Shown in pieces: positions 27,218 to 36,892 of a DNA stretch of 64,000 nt. A program made the position numbers and the translations under genes. A model generated the notes under the pieces. That model did not search any database. It had not been told where the DNA came from and worked only from the letters and a program-made list of their open reading frames with translations. Source of the stretch: a virus. The stretch covers positions 1 through 64,000 of the IMG/VR virus record IMGVR_UViG_3300042402_005180, one strand, 5' to 3'. Every line of letters begins with the position of its first letter. Positions within the stretch are counted from its first letter, which is position 1.

Positions 27218-27218
27218 A

Positions 27219-28673
27219 ATGTCCCAAGCTATACTTGAAAATTTACCTGTAGAACGTGCTGTGCTGGCAGGAATTTGCCAGTATGGCTTGGAAGTATATG
27301 TTGATTTAGATTTTATAGATGCTGATTATTTCTCTCACGAATTAAATCAAATTATTTTCAGTTGCTTGCAAGATATTATTCAGAATAACCAAAAGATTGA
27401 GTATCTTGCAATTTTTTCTGCCGCTCAAAAACTAGGAGTATTTGAACTTATTAATAAAAATACAGAAATGGGTTTTATTAGAAGTTTATTTAATTTTCCT
27501 ATTAATAAAGATAATGTGCCAAAATTTGCAGCTAAGTTAGCAAAGTTAAAACTAGCTAGAGATATTAAAAAAGCAATCAAGCAATCAGAAAAAGCAATTG
27601 ATAAAGTCACTGGCGATGAAGCAGTAGAAGATATTATCTCCTCTGTAGAAAAACCAATTACAGATATTACATTAAACGCATACAAAGAGTATAGTAATAA
27701 AACTATGCTTGTGGGTGAAAATATTGATGAATACGTTCAATTTCTTATTGATAACCCTACTGATTATCTTGGTATTCCTACCGGCCTTAATCGGTTTGAT
27801 GAGGCTTGCGGAGGAGGTATCAGACGAAAATCGGTCTGTTTAATTGGGGCAAGAACAGGTGTAGGTAAAAGTGTTATTTCTACAAACGTAGCTCTTCATG
27901 TTGCAAGTAAACTACACATCCCCGCTTTATATCTTGATACCGAAATGGATATAAGCGACCAAAGAAATCGTATGCTGGCAAACTTGAGCGGAGTCGATAT
28001 TAATGATATTGCTAAAGGTAAATTTGCTAAAAGTTTTATGGCGACAGAAAGTGTAAAAAAAGCAGCTCAACACTTAAAGGATATACCATATCATTATATG
28101 TCGATTGCAGGACAGCCATTCGATAATATTTTAAATATTATTAAAAAATGGATTCATCAATATGTTGGATTTGACGAGAACGGTAAAACAAAAGATTGCT
28201 TAATTATCTATGACTATTTTAAATTAATGAGTAGTGCGGGACTTTCTGCCGCAATGCAGGAATATCAAGCATTAGGATTTCAAATTACTAAAATGAATGA
28301 TTTTTGTATTCAATACGATGTCCCTTGCTTGTCATTTGTTCAGCTTAATAGAGAAGAAGAAATTGCCCAATCAGATCGATTGCAATGGCTTGCAGCAACT
28401 GTTGCTAAGTTTCAAGTTAAAAATGATGAAGAAATTGCAGACGATGGCGATCAAAATGGAAATAGAAAAATTGTTTTCATTAAAACGAGACATGGTTCTG
28501 GGCTTGAGCCGGGAGACTATATTAATGTAAAAATGCATGGATCTCAGGCGAAACTAACTGAATGGTATACCAGAAATGAATTAAAATCAGGAGCAGTAGA
28601 TGACAACAGAAACGAAGAACCGCCATTCGAAGAACGAGAAGATAACTCAGCAGAAGGTTTATTCGATCTGTAA
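27219..28673 (+). CDS. dnaB: Replicative DNA helicase
   Basis: ERAVLAG, GIPTG, GARTGVGKS, LDTEM, IIYDY, QLNR, KTRHG. Confidence 0.93.
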   Translation: MSQAILENLPVERAVLAGICQYGLEVYVDLDFIDADYFSHELNQIIFSCLQDIIQNNQKIEYLAIFSAAQKLGVFELINKNTEMGFIRSLFNFPINKDNVPKFAAKLAKLKLARDIKKAIKQSEKAIDKVTGDEAVEDIISSVEKPITDITLNAYKEYSNKTMLVGENIDEYVQFLIDNPTDYLGIPTGLNRFDEACGGGIRRKSVCLIGARTGVGKSVISTNVALHVASKLHIPALYLDTEMDISDQRNRMLANLSGVDINDIAKGKFAKSFMATESVKKAAQHLKDIPYHYMSIAGQPFDNILNIIKKWIHQYVGFDENGKTKDCLIIYDYFKLMSSAGLSAAMQEYQALGFQITKMNDFCIQYDVPCLSFVQLNREEEIAQSDRLQWLAATVAKFQVKNDEEIADDGDQNGNRKIVFIKTRHGSGLEPGDYINVKMHGSQAKLTEWYTRNELKSGAVDDNRNEEPPFEEREDNSAEGLFDL

Positions 28674-29682
28674 TCAATTAGCAGATAAAATACATGCTTT
28701 GCTTGAAGCTCTTAATGTTGAATATATAGAATTTGAAAATCGTTTAGCTTTTTCCTGTCCTGTTCATGGCGGAGATAATTCAGGAGGAGCTTGCATATTT
28801 ACTGATGGCTCAAAATCTAAAGGTAATTGGGTTTGCTGGACTCATTCATGTGAAAAAGACTTTGGAAAAAATCTAATTGGTTTTGTTAGAGGCGTTCTAA
28901 GTTATAAGAAAAATAAAGAAGTTAGTTTTATTGAAGCAATTAACTTTTGTTTGTCGTTTCTTGATAAAAAACTAATTGATATTCCAGAAGAAAAAATTCC
29001 AGAGAGTATTTATAATAATCAAAAACTAATGGAAATTTTAACCAGAGAACCAGAAAAAGTAATTACAAATATTACTAGAGAACAGATTATAAAAAGCATT
29101 GAAATCCCCTCAAAATATTATATGGAAAGAGGATTTTTAGCGGAAACTCTTGTTGTTTTTGATGTCGGTGAATGCTATAATTCTAATAAGCAGATGTATA
29201 ATCGTGCAGTGGTTCCTGTTTATGATGAAGATCTAAATTACATAGGATGTGTTGGCAGATCGCTAGATGAAAGCAATAAAAAATATAAATGGATAAATAG
29301 TAAAGGATTTAAAAAATCTTTTTATTTATATGGAGTATGGAAAGCAAAACCATTTATACAAAAAACTTCAACAGTTATTCTTGTAGAGGGACAGGGTGAT
29401 GTCTGGCGTCTTTATGAAGCGGGTATCAAAAATGCAGTTGGTATATTCGGATCAGATTTAAGTGAAGATCAATTAATAGCATTGGAAAAACTTGGTGCTA
29501 TGAATGTAGTTATATTAACTGATAATGACGAGGCTGGACAAAAGGCATCACAAGGAATTATCCAAAAGGGTGGAAGAAGATTTAATTATTTTACTCCAAA
29601 AATTTCAAAAAAAGATATTGGCGACATGTCAATAGAAGATATCGAAAAAGAATTAAAACCTCAAATAGAAGGGCTATTTTAA
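28600..29682 (+). CDS. dnaG: DNA primase (zinc ribbon + TOPRIM)
   Basis: CPVHGGDN...WVCWTHSC, VGR, KWINS, LVEGQGD, DNDEAG, KDIGD. Confidence 0.92.
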   Translation: MTTETKNRHSKNEKITQQKVYSICNQLADKIHALLEALNVEYIEFENRLAFSCPVHGGDNSGGACIFTDGSKSKGNWVCWTHSCEKDFGKNLIGFVRGVLSYKKNKEVSFIEAINFCLSFLDKKLIDIPEEKIPESIYNNQKLMEILTREPEKVITNITREQIIKSIEIPSKYYMERGFLAETLVVFDVGECYNSNKQMYNRAVVPVYDEDLNYIGCVGRSLDESNKKYKWINSKGFKKSFYLYGVWKAKPFIQKTSTVILVEGQGDVWRLYEAGIKNAVGIFGSDLSEDQLIALEKLGAMNVVILTDNDEAGQKASQGIIQKGGRRFNYFTPKISKKDIGDMSIEDIEKELKPQIEGLF

Positions 29683-30497
29683 TGAGTCAAATTTTAGCAT
29701 TCAGCGGAAAGAAACAATCAGGGAAAAATACTCTTTGCAATTTCCTTCATGGGTATCAATTAAAAAGCTACTCTATGATCGATGGGTTTGAAATTGCAGA
29801 AACTGGAGATCTGATTATTGAAACAAGCATAAGAGAAGAAACTGGAAAAATTTCTAAAGGAAAGGGTCAAATTGATGTTACAAGATTAGATATTGAATTT
29901 GTTGTATGGGCAATGGATAATATCTGGCCTTTTGTTAAACATTACGCTTTTGCAACAGCTTTGAAAGAAATGGCAATTGGTTTATTTAATATTAAGAATG
30001 AATTAATATATGGAACTGATGAACAAAAAAATCAATTAATCCAATATAAATGGGAAGATATGCCAACAAAAGTTAAGGGTAAAACTGGATTTATGACTGG
30101 CCGAGAGTTTATGCAATATTTTGGAACTGATATTTGTAGAAAAGTATATCCTGATATTTGGACAAATAGACTAATTAAAGATATTCAAGCAGAAGAACCT
30201 AATCTAGCTATTATTTCTGACGCAAGATTTGAAAATGAAATTAAAGCAATTCAGGCAGTAGGTGGAAAAGTTATTAGATTAACTAGAGAAGTTTCAGGCG
30301 AAGATTCTCATGATAGCGAAACGTCACTTAATAATTATGATGGTTTCGATGCAGTAATTGATACGCAAAACCTTAATATAGAACAGTCATGCGAAGAGCT
30401 AATAAAAATTCTTAGCGAGTGGAGATGGTTTGATACAAAAACACTTATCGCTCCAGACAAACCAACTAAAAAGCAATCAACAATGGCAATTCGATGA
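29682..30497 (+). CDS. Deoxynucleoside monophosphate kinase (T4 gp1-like)
   Basis: FSGKKQSGKNT, FATALKE, REFMQYFGTD, ISDARFENE, HDSE. Confidence 0.88.
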   Translation: MSQILAFSGKKQSGKNTLCNFLHGYQLKSYSMIDGFEIAETGDLIIETSIREETGKISKGKGQIDVTRLDIEFVVWAMDNIWPFVKHYAFATALKEMAIGLFNIKNELIYGTDEQKNQLIQYKWEDMPTKVKGKTGFMTGREFMQYFGTDICRKVYPDIWTNRLIKDIQAEEPNLAIISDARFENEIKAIQAVGGKVIRLTREVSGEDSHDSETSLNNYDGFDAVIDTQNLNIEQSCEELIKILSEWRWFDTKTLIAPDKPTKKQSTMAIR

Positions 30498-31525
30498 TAA
30501 CAACATATTTTAGAAGTTCTAGTCTAAATAACTGGAAATACTGTCAAATGCAGTATTTTATGACTTATGTTTTAGGACATCAATCGCCATCAGGAAAAAA
30601 AGCTGACTTAGGAACTATAACCCATGCGGTATTTGAAACACTAGCACTATGTAAAAAAAGAACACAGTTTAATAAACGTAGCAATATGAAAATCACTCAA
30701 GAGCCTTTGGGTGATTTTTCTTTTACAGAAGAGCAGTTATATACTAGTGAATTTGTAAATTATATTCTTGGAAGAAGTTTTGACTATTATAAAACTAATT
30801 GTACTCATAACCAGTTTAATCAAAAAGATTATGAATTTTGCTATAAAATGGTATGGGATACTTTAGCGTATAATAATGGACAATTTGACCCCCGTAATCG
30901 TAAAATTATTGATACAGAACCACATTTCGATATTCCTATTAAGGAACCTTGGGCTAAATTTAGCTTCGCTGGACCGGATGGAGAAGAAATTTCTGGAAAT
31001 CTTGCGATAAAAGGGACGATTGATCTTGTAACTGAGCTGCCAGATGGTACAATAGAAGTGATCGACTGGAAAACTGGGCAGAGGTTAGATTGGGCCACGG
31101 GCGAAAAGAAGGACTACGAGAAACTTATGACAGATACTCAACTTCTTCTTTACCACTATGCTATTGGTAAATTATATCCTATGCATCGACACGCTTTAAT
31201 GACTATCTTCTTTTGTCGTGATGGAGGTCCATTTACGCTTGCTTTTGATGAGCAGGATGATAAAAACTTCATAAAGACACTCGAAAAGACATTTAAAGAA
31301 ATTACAATTAATCAAGCCCCTAAGCCAGTTTCAAAAGATCGAAACAATTTTAAATGTGAAAAACTTTGTCACTTTTATAAAACAGTTTGGCCCGGAACAA
31401 ATAAAACAATGTGTCATCACGTAGAACAGCAACTCTCTACTATTGGTATGGAAAAGACTGTAGCTACATGTTCTAGGCCGGGATTTGCAATTGGGACATA
31501 TAAGGACCCCGGAGCAGTTGAATGA
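30494..31525 (+). CDS. Cas4/RecB-like PD-(D/E)XK exonuclease
   Basis: SSS...C; GTITHAVFE; KGTIDL...VIDWKTG; QLLLY; C-terminal C...C...C possible Fe-S ligands. Confidence 0.85.
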   Translation: MITTYFRSSSLNNWKYCQMQYFMTYVLGHQSPSGKKADLGTITHAVFETLALCKKRTQFNKRSNMKITQEPLGDFSFTEEQLYTSEFVNYILGRSFDYYKTNCTHNQFNQKDYEFCYKMVWDTLAYNNGQFDPRNRKIIDTEPHFDIPIKEPWAKFSFAGPDGEEISGNLAIKGTIDLVTELPDGTIEVIDWKTGQRLDWATGEKKDYEKLMTDTQLLLYHYAIGKLYPMHRHALMTIFFCRDGGPFTLAFDEQDDKNFIKTLEKTFKEITINQAPKPVSKDRNNFKCEKLCHFYKTVWPGTNKTMCHHVEQQLSTIGMEKTVATCSRPGFAIGTYKDPGAVE

Positions 31526-33006
31526 TTATTCCAGCTATTACAACTCACTATTCACTATCAAAGGGCTTTATCAAGCCAGAAGAGGCAGCTAAAAAGTGTA
31601 AAGACCTTGGCTATACTCATTGCCTACTTGCTGATAATTCATTAAGTGGTGTGGTTGAGTTTTTTAGCTGTATGAAAAAAGAAGGCATAGTACCCATCAT
31701 TGGTTGGAAAGTCGATGATGGGCATTTTATTGCAAAAACACTAGAAGGTTATAAACTTCTTGTTAAATTATTCTCAGGCGAGAATATAATATATTATGAT
31801 GAAGATCTTGAATTTTATCCAGATGGTAGTCTTGAATTACTAGAAGTCTGCTATGCAGAAAAAAGAGATGCAATTCTCCATAGAATTGTTCTTTGTTCTG
31901 GGTTAAAAACTACGCTTAAAAAAGCAAAAGACATTGATCTTGGTGAATTTAAGAAATATTTTGAAAGTGATGACTACTCATTTGAATCAAGCAGAAATGC
32001 GCAAGTCTTCAATTTTAGCAATAATACAAAGTTAATTTCTGAACTAAAAGACTATACAATTTTTGCAAAGCCTAAACTTCCAAAAGTGGACTGTAAAGGT
32101 CAAACAGAAGAGGAATATATAACACAGTTATGTCGTGAAGGCTGGAAGAAAAAATTATCGTATTTAAAAGGAGAAAAAAGACAAGAGTATGGCGACCGTG
32201 TAAAGTACGAACTTTCAATTATCAATGGCTTTGGCCTTGCGGGATATTTTTTAATTGTGCAAGATATTATCGCATATGTTAGAAATAATGGTTGGTTGCC
32301 GGGACCGGGAAGAGGTTCTGCTGGAGGTTGTTTAGTATCTTATCTTTTAGGCATTACAGAAATTGATCCAGTAAAATACGATCTACTATTTTCAAGGTTC
32401 CTTAATTCTGGTCGATTCAGCAAAGATAATATATCATTACCGGATATTGATATGGACGTTCCTTCTAATCATCGTGATGAAATCATTGAGTATCTTAAGA
32501 ACAAATATGGTCATCAACGAGTTTGTCAAATGATTACCTTTGGGCGATTGCAAGGGCGATCAGTAATTAAAGAAGTGGCTCGTATATATGGAGATTTATC
32601 ATTTTCTGAGTTAAATGAGATCACTGAAAGCCTTCCGCCTGAGTCAAGTATTTCAGATGAACTTGAAGAAATGGATATAAAATCAGTTATTATCTGGACA
32701 CTTGAAAATAAGCCCGAAAAATTAGGTAAATGGTGCAGACTAGTTAATGGAAAATTAACAGGAGAGTTGTCCGATCTATTCGACCTTGCTATAAGAATTG
32801 AAGGAACTTTTAAAAGTCAAGGAGTTCATCCTGCTGGTGTAATTATATCCAATGAAGATCTTCTTAATGATGCTCCGCTAATAAAAAATAAAAGCGGAAA
32901 TAATGTAGTAGGTTTTGAAATGCATGATTTAGATAAAGTGGGACTAACTAAATTCGATGTCTTGGGAGTTAATCTTTTAGATAAAATAATGGAAATTAAA
33001 AAATGA
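31522..33006 (+). CDS. dnaE: DNA polymerase III alpha, N-terminal part (reduced PHP + palm/thumb)
   Basis: THYSL..G, GYFLIVQD, GPGRGSAGGCLVSYLLGIT, PDIDMD, HPAGVII, GLTKFDVLG then stop. Confidence 0.93.
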   Translation: MIIPAITTHYSLSKGFIKPEEAAKKCKDLGYTHCLLADNSLSGVVEFFSCMKKEGIVPIIGWKVDDGHFIAKTLEGYKLLVKLFSGENIIYYDEDLEFYPDGSLELLEVCYAEKRDAILHRIVLCSGLKTTLKKAKDIDLGEFKKYFESDDYSFESSRNAQVFNFSNNTKLISELKDYTIFAKPKLPKVDCKGQTEEEYITQLCREGWKKKLSYLKGEKRQEYGDRVKYELSIINGFGLAGYFLIVQDIIAYVRNNGWLPGPGRGSAGGCLVSYLLGITEIDPVKYDLLFSRFLNSGRFSKDNISLPDIDMDVPSNHRDEIIEYLKNKYGHQRVCQMITFGRLQGRSVIKEVARIYGDLSFSELNEITESLPPESSISDELEEMDIKSVIIWTLENKPEKLGKWCRLVNGKLTGELSDLFDLAIRIEGTFKSQGVHPAGVIISNEDLLNDAPLIKNKSGNNVVGFEMHDLDKVGLTKFDVLGVNLLDKIMEIKK

Positions 33007-33212
33007 ATGAAAAAATAAGCTATGCTGAAGTTATAATAAAAGGAAATGATATAAATTACAAAGATATTTCTTTATGTGATTTAAGAAATTATGTTCCTTG
33101 GTATCGAAATAAAAAAAATGGTATTTATCAAGTTCACAGTAATAAATTTTCACAAATATATTATAATTTGGATGACGCAATTAATAAATTTTTGGAATTA
33201 AAAGGAAAATAG
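33003..33212 (+). CDS. Hypothetical protein
   Basis: ATGA overlap. Confidence 0.6.
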   Translation: MNEKISYAEVIIKGNDINYKDISLCDLRNYVPWYRNKKNGIYQVHSNKFSQIYYNLDDAINKFLELKGK

Positions 33213-33242
33213 TTGCCTGTTACAAGACTTTTGTGTATAATA
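33213..33242 (+). promoter_or_regulatory. Composite promoter (sigma70-like plus TGTGTATAATA motif)
   Basis: TTGCCT-17-TATAAT; the -10 lies within TGTGTATAATA 33232-33242. Confidence 0.6.
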
Positions 33243-33268
33243 ATATGGAAACAGAAAAGGAGAATTTA

Positions 33269-34063
33269 ATGAAAACAAAAGTCTGTAACGTGTGTAATAT
33301 TGAAAAATCAGAATCTGAATACTATAAAAAAGGTTCTGGATTACAATATAGATGTAAACAATGTGTAAAAAATCATATTAGGTATGAAAAATGTCCTAAT
33401 TGTGATAGACAAAAAAGATTAGAAGCTGAATTATGTTCTATATGCTCTAAGCAGTCTCAGAGAGAAGTATATTCAGAAGAATTAATAAATCAAGTAATTG
33501 ATCTTTATACTTCAGGGCTATCTACTTGGAAAATTGCCAACCAATTAGGTAGTTATCAGGTGAAGATAGTAAGAATTCTTCACAGAAATAATATTAAGTT
33601 AAGAAATAATGATTTTGTAAATAACGGTAAATATAGAGAAGATAATCCAGCTTGGAAAGGATACAAATTAATAAGTGGGGGATATTTTGCGTCAATTAAA
33701 AGATCCGCAGATTCCAGAAATCTAGAATTTGATATTAATATTGAATATCTAAATGAACTATTTGAGCTTCAAAATGGGAAATGCGCAATATCTGGATTAG
33801 ACATTATACTTCCTAGAAGCGATGAAAGTAGATCAACTGGAGAATATACTGCATCATTAGATCGGAAAAATTCTAATTTAGGTTATATTAAAAATAATTT
33901 ACAATGGGTTCATAAATGGGTTAATAAAATGAAGCAAAATTTACAAGAAGATGAATTTTTATATTTATGTAGCTTGATAACAGATAATAATAAAGATAAA
34001 ATAAAAGAAGTTGATATTAATACTTTAATGCAATATAAAAGGAGAAATAAAATTGGCACTTAA
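33269..34063 (+). CDS. Free-standing HNH-like homing endonuclease, paralogous to 6606-7331
   Basis: N-terminal CxxC zinc fingers, HTH, NPAWKGY, CAISG...ASLDRKNSNLGYIKNNLQWVHKWVNKMK; AAGGAG before ATG 33269. Confidence 0.75.
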   Translation: MKTKVCNVCNIEKSESEYYKKGSGLQYRCKQCVKNHIRYEKCPNCDRQKRLEAELCSICSKQSQREVYSEELINQVIDLYTSGLSTWKIANQLGSYQVKIVRILHRNNIKLRNNDFVNNGKYREDNPAWKGYKLISGGYFASIKRSADSRNLEFDINIEYLNELFELQNGKCAISGLDIILPRSDESRSTGEYTASLDRKNSNLGYIKNNLQWVHKWVNKMKQNLQEDEFLYLCSLITDNNKDKIKEVDINTLMQYKRRNKIGT

Positions 34064-34760
34064 TACGTATCGTGACTATTGTGTTATGGACCTAGAAACC
34101 TCTGGTAAAAACCCTAATGGTTGTCAGATCACTCAAATTGCGGCTGTGGTAATCCACGGCAAGAAATTGACTCTCCAGCCCGGAGGAATCTTCAACATTG
34201 AAGTAAGGCCCGAATTTGACGACGAGAAGGCCATTGCTGCCGGATTCGATCCAGTAGAGCAAGAGGCTCTTGATATAACACGTAAAACTCGTGAACAGCT
34301 CGAAAAGGCGATTGGGCCAAAAGAAGCGTGGAGTCAGTTTGTAAACTTTGTAAATAAGTTCAACGCTAAAGGCAGTCCTTATTTTGCACCAATTCCCGTA
34401 GGATATAATATTAATAATTTCGATTTACCAATAGTCGAAAGATACTGTCGTATTTATGGACCAAAAGAGGAAAAAACTGGAAGACAAAAATTATTTAATC
34501 CTATTTTTAAAGTTGATATGATGGATAATCTATTTATGTGGTTTGAAGATCATAGCGCTGTTCAAAAATTAAATTTAGGTTATTTACGAGATTTCTTTGG
34601 GTTTCCAGAAAAGAGCAAAGCAAATGCTCACGATGCTCTTTATGATGTTGTAGATACTGCAAATCTTTTTATTAAGTTTCTTAAATATCACAGAAAACAC
34701 AGCGAAAAAACTAAATTTGAAAAATCATTTGCCGACATTAAAATGGATATTGAACTATGA
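34053..34760 (+). CDS. dnaQ: DEDDh 3'-5' exonuclease (Pol III epsilon-like)
   Basis: MDLETSG, VGYNINNFD, AHDALYDV. Confidence 0.88.
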   Translation: MALNTYRDYCVMDLETSGKNPNGCQITQIAAVVIHGKKLTLQPGGIFNIEVRPEFDDEKAIAAGFDPVEQEALDITRKTREQLEKAIGPKEAWSQFVNFVNKFNAKGSPYFAPIPVGYNINNFDLPIVERYCRIYGPKEEKTGRQKLFNPIFKVDMMDNLFMWFEDHSAVQKLNLGYLRDFFGFPEKSKANAHDALYDVVDTANLFIKFLKYHRKHSEKTKFEKSFADIKMDIEL

Positions 34761-34984
34761 AAATTAAATCAATTGAAAAATATTCGCATTTCATAATTGA
34801 AATGGAAGATGGTAAAATTTATAAATATGTCCCGGACCAATCAAAGCAAACTCATTGGGGAGAGTGGTTTCTTGATTTTGACGGTCATTATATAAAAGTG
34901 ATTAATGAAGAAAAAATTAATCAACTAAAAGACGCTTATATTGAACATGTTGACTATATAATCTCTTGTGGAGCATACCAGTGA
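34757..34984 (+). CDS. Hypothetical protein
   Basis: ATGA overlap; TGA overlaps the GTG start of the next gene. Confidence 0.6.
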   Translation: MKIKSIEKYSHFIIEMEDGKIYKYVPDQSKQTHWGEWFLDFDGHYIKVINEEKINQLKDAYIEHVDYIISCGAYQ

Positions 34985-36555
34985 CTCAAGATTTTGATAT
35001 TGATAATTTTGAAGACATTGCAACATGGGAATTAATTAGCAGTGGCAAAACTAAAGGTGTATTCCAGCTAGAATCTAAATTGGGTTCTAGTTGGGCCAAG
35101 CGAGTTAAGCCACGTAATATTGAAGAGCTGGCAGATTTAATTTCAATTATTCGTCCGGGAACTCTTGAGGCGGAACTTGAAGGAAAGTCTATGACTAAAC
35201 ACTATGTTGATCGCAAGTGGAAAATAGACGAGACTAAATATTTACATTCTGCCCTTGAGCCATTACTTGGTAGTACATATGGCATTATCGTATATCAAGA
35301 ACAGGCGATGAAAATTGCAACTGCTCTTGCTGGATTTACCCCAGAAGAAGCAGATTCGCTTCGCAAGGCGATGGGTAAAAAAGATGCTGCTCTTATGAAT
35401 GAAGTGGGACAGAAATTTATTAAAGGCTGCGAAGCAAAAGGAATTGTTGATGCAGCATCCGCAGCACAAATCTTTAACTGGATTCAGGCTTCAGCCCGAT
35501 ATTCATTTAATAAAAGCCACGCAGTTGCTTATGCTATTAATTCTTTTCGCTCTGCTTACTGTAAAGTCCATCGTCCATTAAAATTCTATGAGAAATATCT
35601 TAATCATGCTCATAACAAACCGGATAAGCAAAAGGAAATAAAAGAACTTATTATGGATGCTAAATTATCTGGCATTGAAGTTTACCCTCCAAGATTAAAT
35701 AATTTACATAGAACTTTTACTCGTGATGGAAGCAAAGGTATTATATACTTTGGATATAGCAATGTAAAAAGTGTTGGTGAGGGAGAACAGGAAAAAATCG
35801 AAGCGGTTATTACTGATGCGGTTAAAAGTTCAAATAAGCCGATTTCAGAATTTAACTGGCTTGATTCTTTGTTTTATATCGGCAATGAAATTAAAAAGAA
35901 CGCATTTATTTCACTTATTAGCGTTGGAACTTTTTCAGGAAAAAACAACGCTTTAACTAGAAATCAAATGATGTTTGAATTTGATATTTGGTCAAAATTA
36001 ACAGTAAAAGAACAGACTTGGATTATCAATAATCGAAACAGTAGTAATTGCTTAAAAAGTTTAGTTCAAAAAATGATAAATGAAAATGAGAAAATCAATT
36101 CTAGAAGAATGGCGTCTGTATTAGATATTTATCAAGCTCTTGAAAATCCGCCATATTCTTTGGAAGACGATTATGCATGGATAGCAGAAACAGAACAAAA
36201 ATTAATGGGCTGTGCTTTAACATGCTCTACTGTTGATATGTCATGTAGTGATGTTAATATTACTTGTGCAGAAATTGCAAATGGTGAAGTTAAGAGTATA
36301 AAAGATGCTTGTTTAGGAGTTAGAATTAATGAAGTAAAAGAATATACGATTAAACGTGGAAATTCAATTGGAAAAATCATGGGATTTGTAAGTGCAGAAG
36401 ACTGGAGCGGGGAGCTTGATTCCATAACATTTTTTTCTGATGAATTTGAAAAATATAAAAAGTTGCTTTTTATCGGAAACACGCTATTATTATATGGTGA
36501 GGTTCAAGAGAAAAGGGACAAATCCTTTGTAGTTAAACATGCAGAACAAATTTAG
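34981..36555 (+). CDS. dnaE: DNA polymerase III alpha, C-terminal part (fingers, HhH, OB)
   Basis: GKTKGVFQLES, IRPG, TYGIIVYQEQAM, LRKAMGKK, YSFNKSHAVAY, C-terminal OB fold; GGAG plus GTG 34981 is the likely start. Confidence 0.93.
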   Translation: MTQDFDIDNFEDIATWELISSGKTKGVFQLESKLGSSWAKRVKPRNIEELADLISIIRPGTLEAELEGKSMTKHYVDRKWKIDETKYLHSALEPLLGSTYGIIVYQEQAMKIATALAGFTPEEADSLRKAMGKKDAALMNEVGQKFIKGCEAKGIVDAASAAQIFNWIQASARYSFNKSHAVAYAINSFRSAYCKVHRPLKFYEKYLNHAHNKPDKQKEIKELIMDAKLSGIEVYPPRLNNLHRTFTRDGSKGIIYFGYSNVKSVGEGEQEKIEAVITDAVKSSNKPISEFNWLDSLFYIGNEIKKNAFISLISVGTFSGKNNALTRNQMMFEFDIWSKLTVKEQTWIINNRNSSNCLKSLVQKMINENEKINSRRMASVLDIYQALENPPYSLEDDYAWIAETEQKLMGCALTCSTVDMSCSDVNITCAEIANGEVKSIKDACLGVRINEVKEYTIKRGNSIGKIMGFVSAEDWSGELDSITFFSDEFEKYKKLLFIGNTLLLYGEVQEKRDKSFVVKHAEQI

Positions 36556-36565
36556 GAGTTGAATA

Positions 36566-36889
36566 ATGAATGTTTGTTGTTTTATTGGAAAATTGGTTAA
36601 TGATCCAGAGCTAAGGGAAATCAATGAAACTTATGTTGTAAATTTTTCTTTAGCCGTAGAGGACTATAGAAAAGACAAAGAAGGTGAAAAGCATAGAAGA
36701 ATTGATTTTTTAGATTTTGAAGCATGGGATAGCGGAGCAACTACTATCGCCAAACATTTTAAAAAGGGCGATATGATGGCAATTGAAGCAGAAGCTAGGC
36801 AGCACAAGTGGACATCTAATGATCAAAAGCGTCAAAAAATTGTTTTCAGAGTAAAAACTTTTAAATCTTCAGGATGCAAAACGGAATAA
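36566..36889 (+). CDS. ssb: Single-stranded DNA-binding protein (no acidic tail)
   Basis: MNVCCFIGKLVNDPELR, NFSLAV, EAWD, KKGD. Confidence 0.9.
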   Translation: MNVCCFIGKLVNDPELREINETYVVNFSLAVEDYRKDKEGEKHRRIDFLDFEAWDSGATTIAKHFKKGDMMAIEAEARQHKWTSNDQKRQKIVFRVKTFKSSGCKTE

Positions 36890-36892
36890 AAT

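Noticed and set aside
30494-31525. CRISPR-associated Cas4
   Set aside because: No cas1/cas2 or array; solo Cas4-like nucleases are common in phage replication modules
32940-35070. Split intein or group I intron in dnaE
   Set aside because: No Cys/Ser-initiated N-intein, no His-Asn C-intein end and no non-coding space for an intron core; the intervening ORFs are tightly coupled
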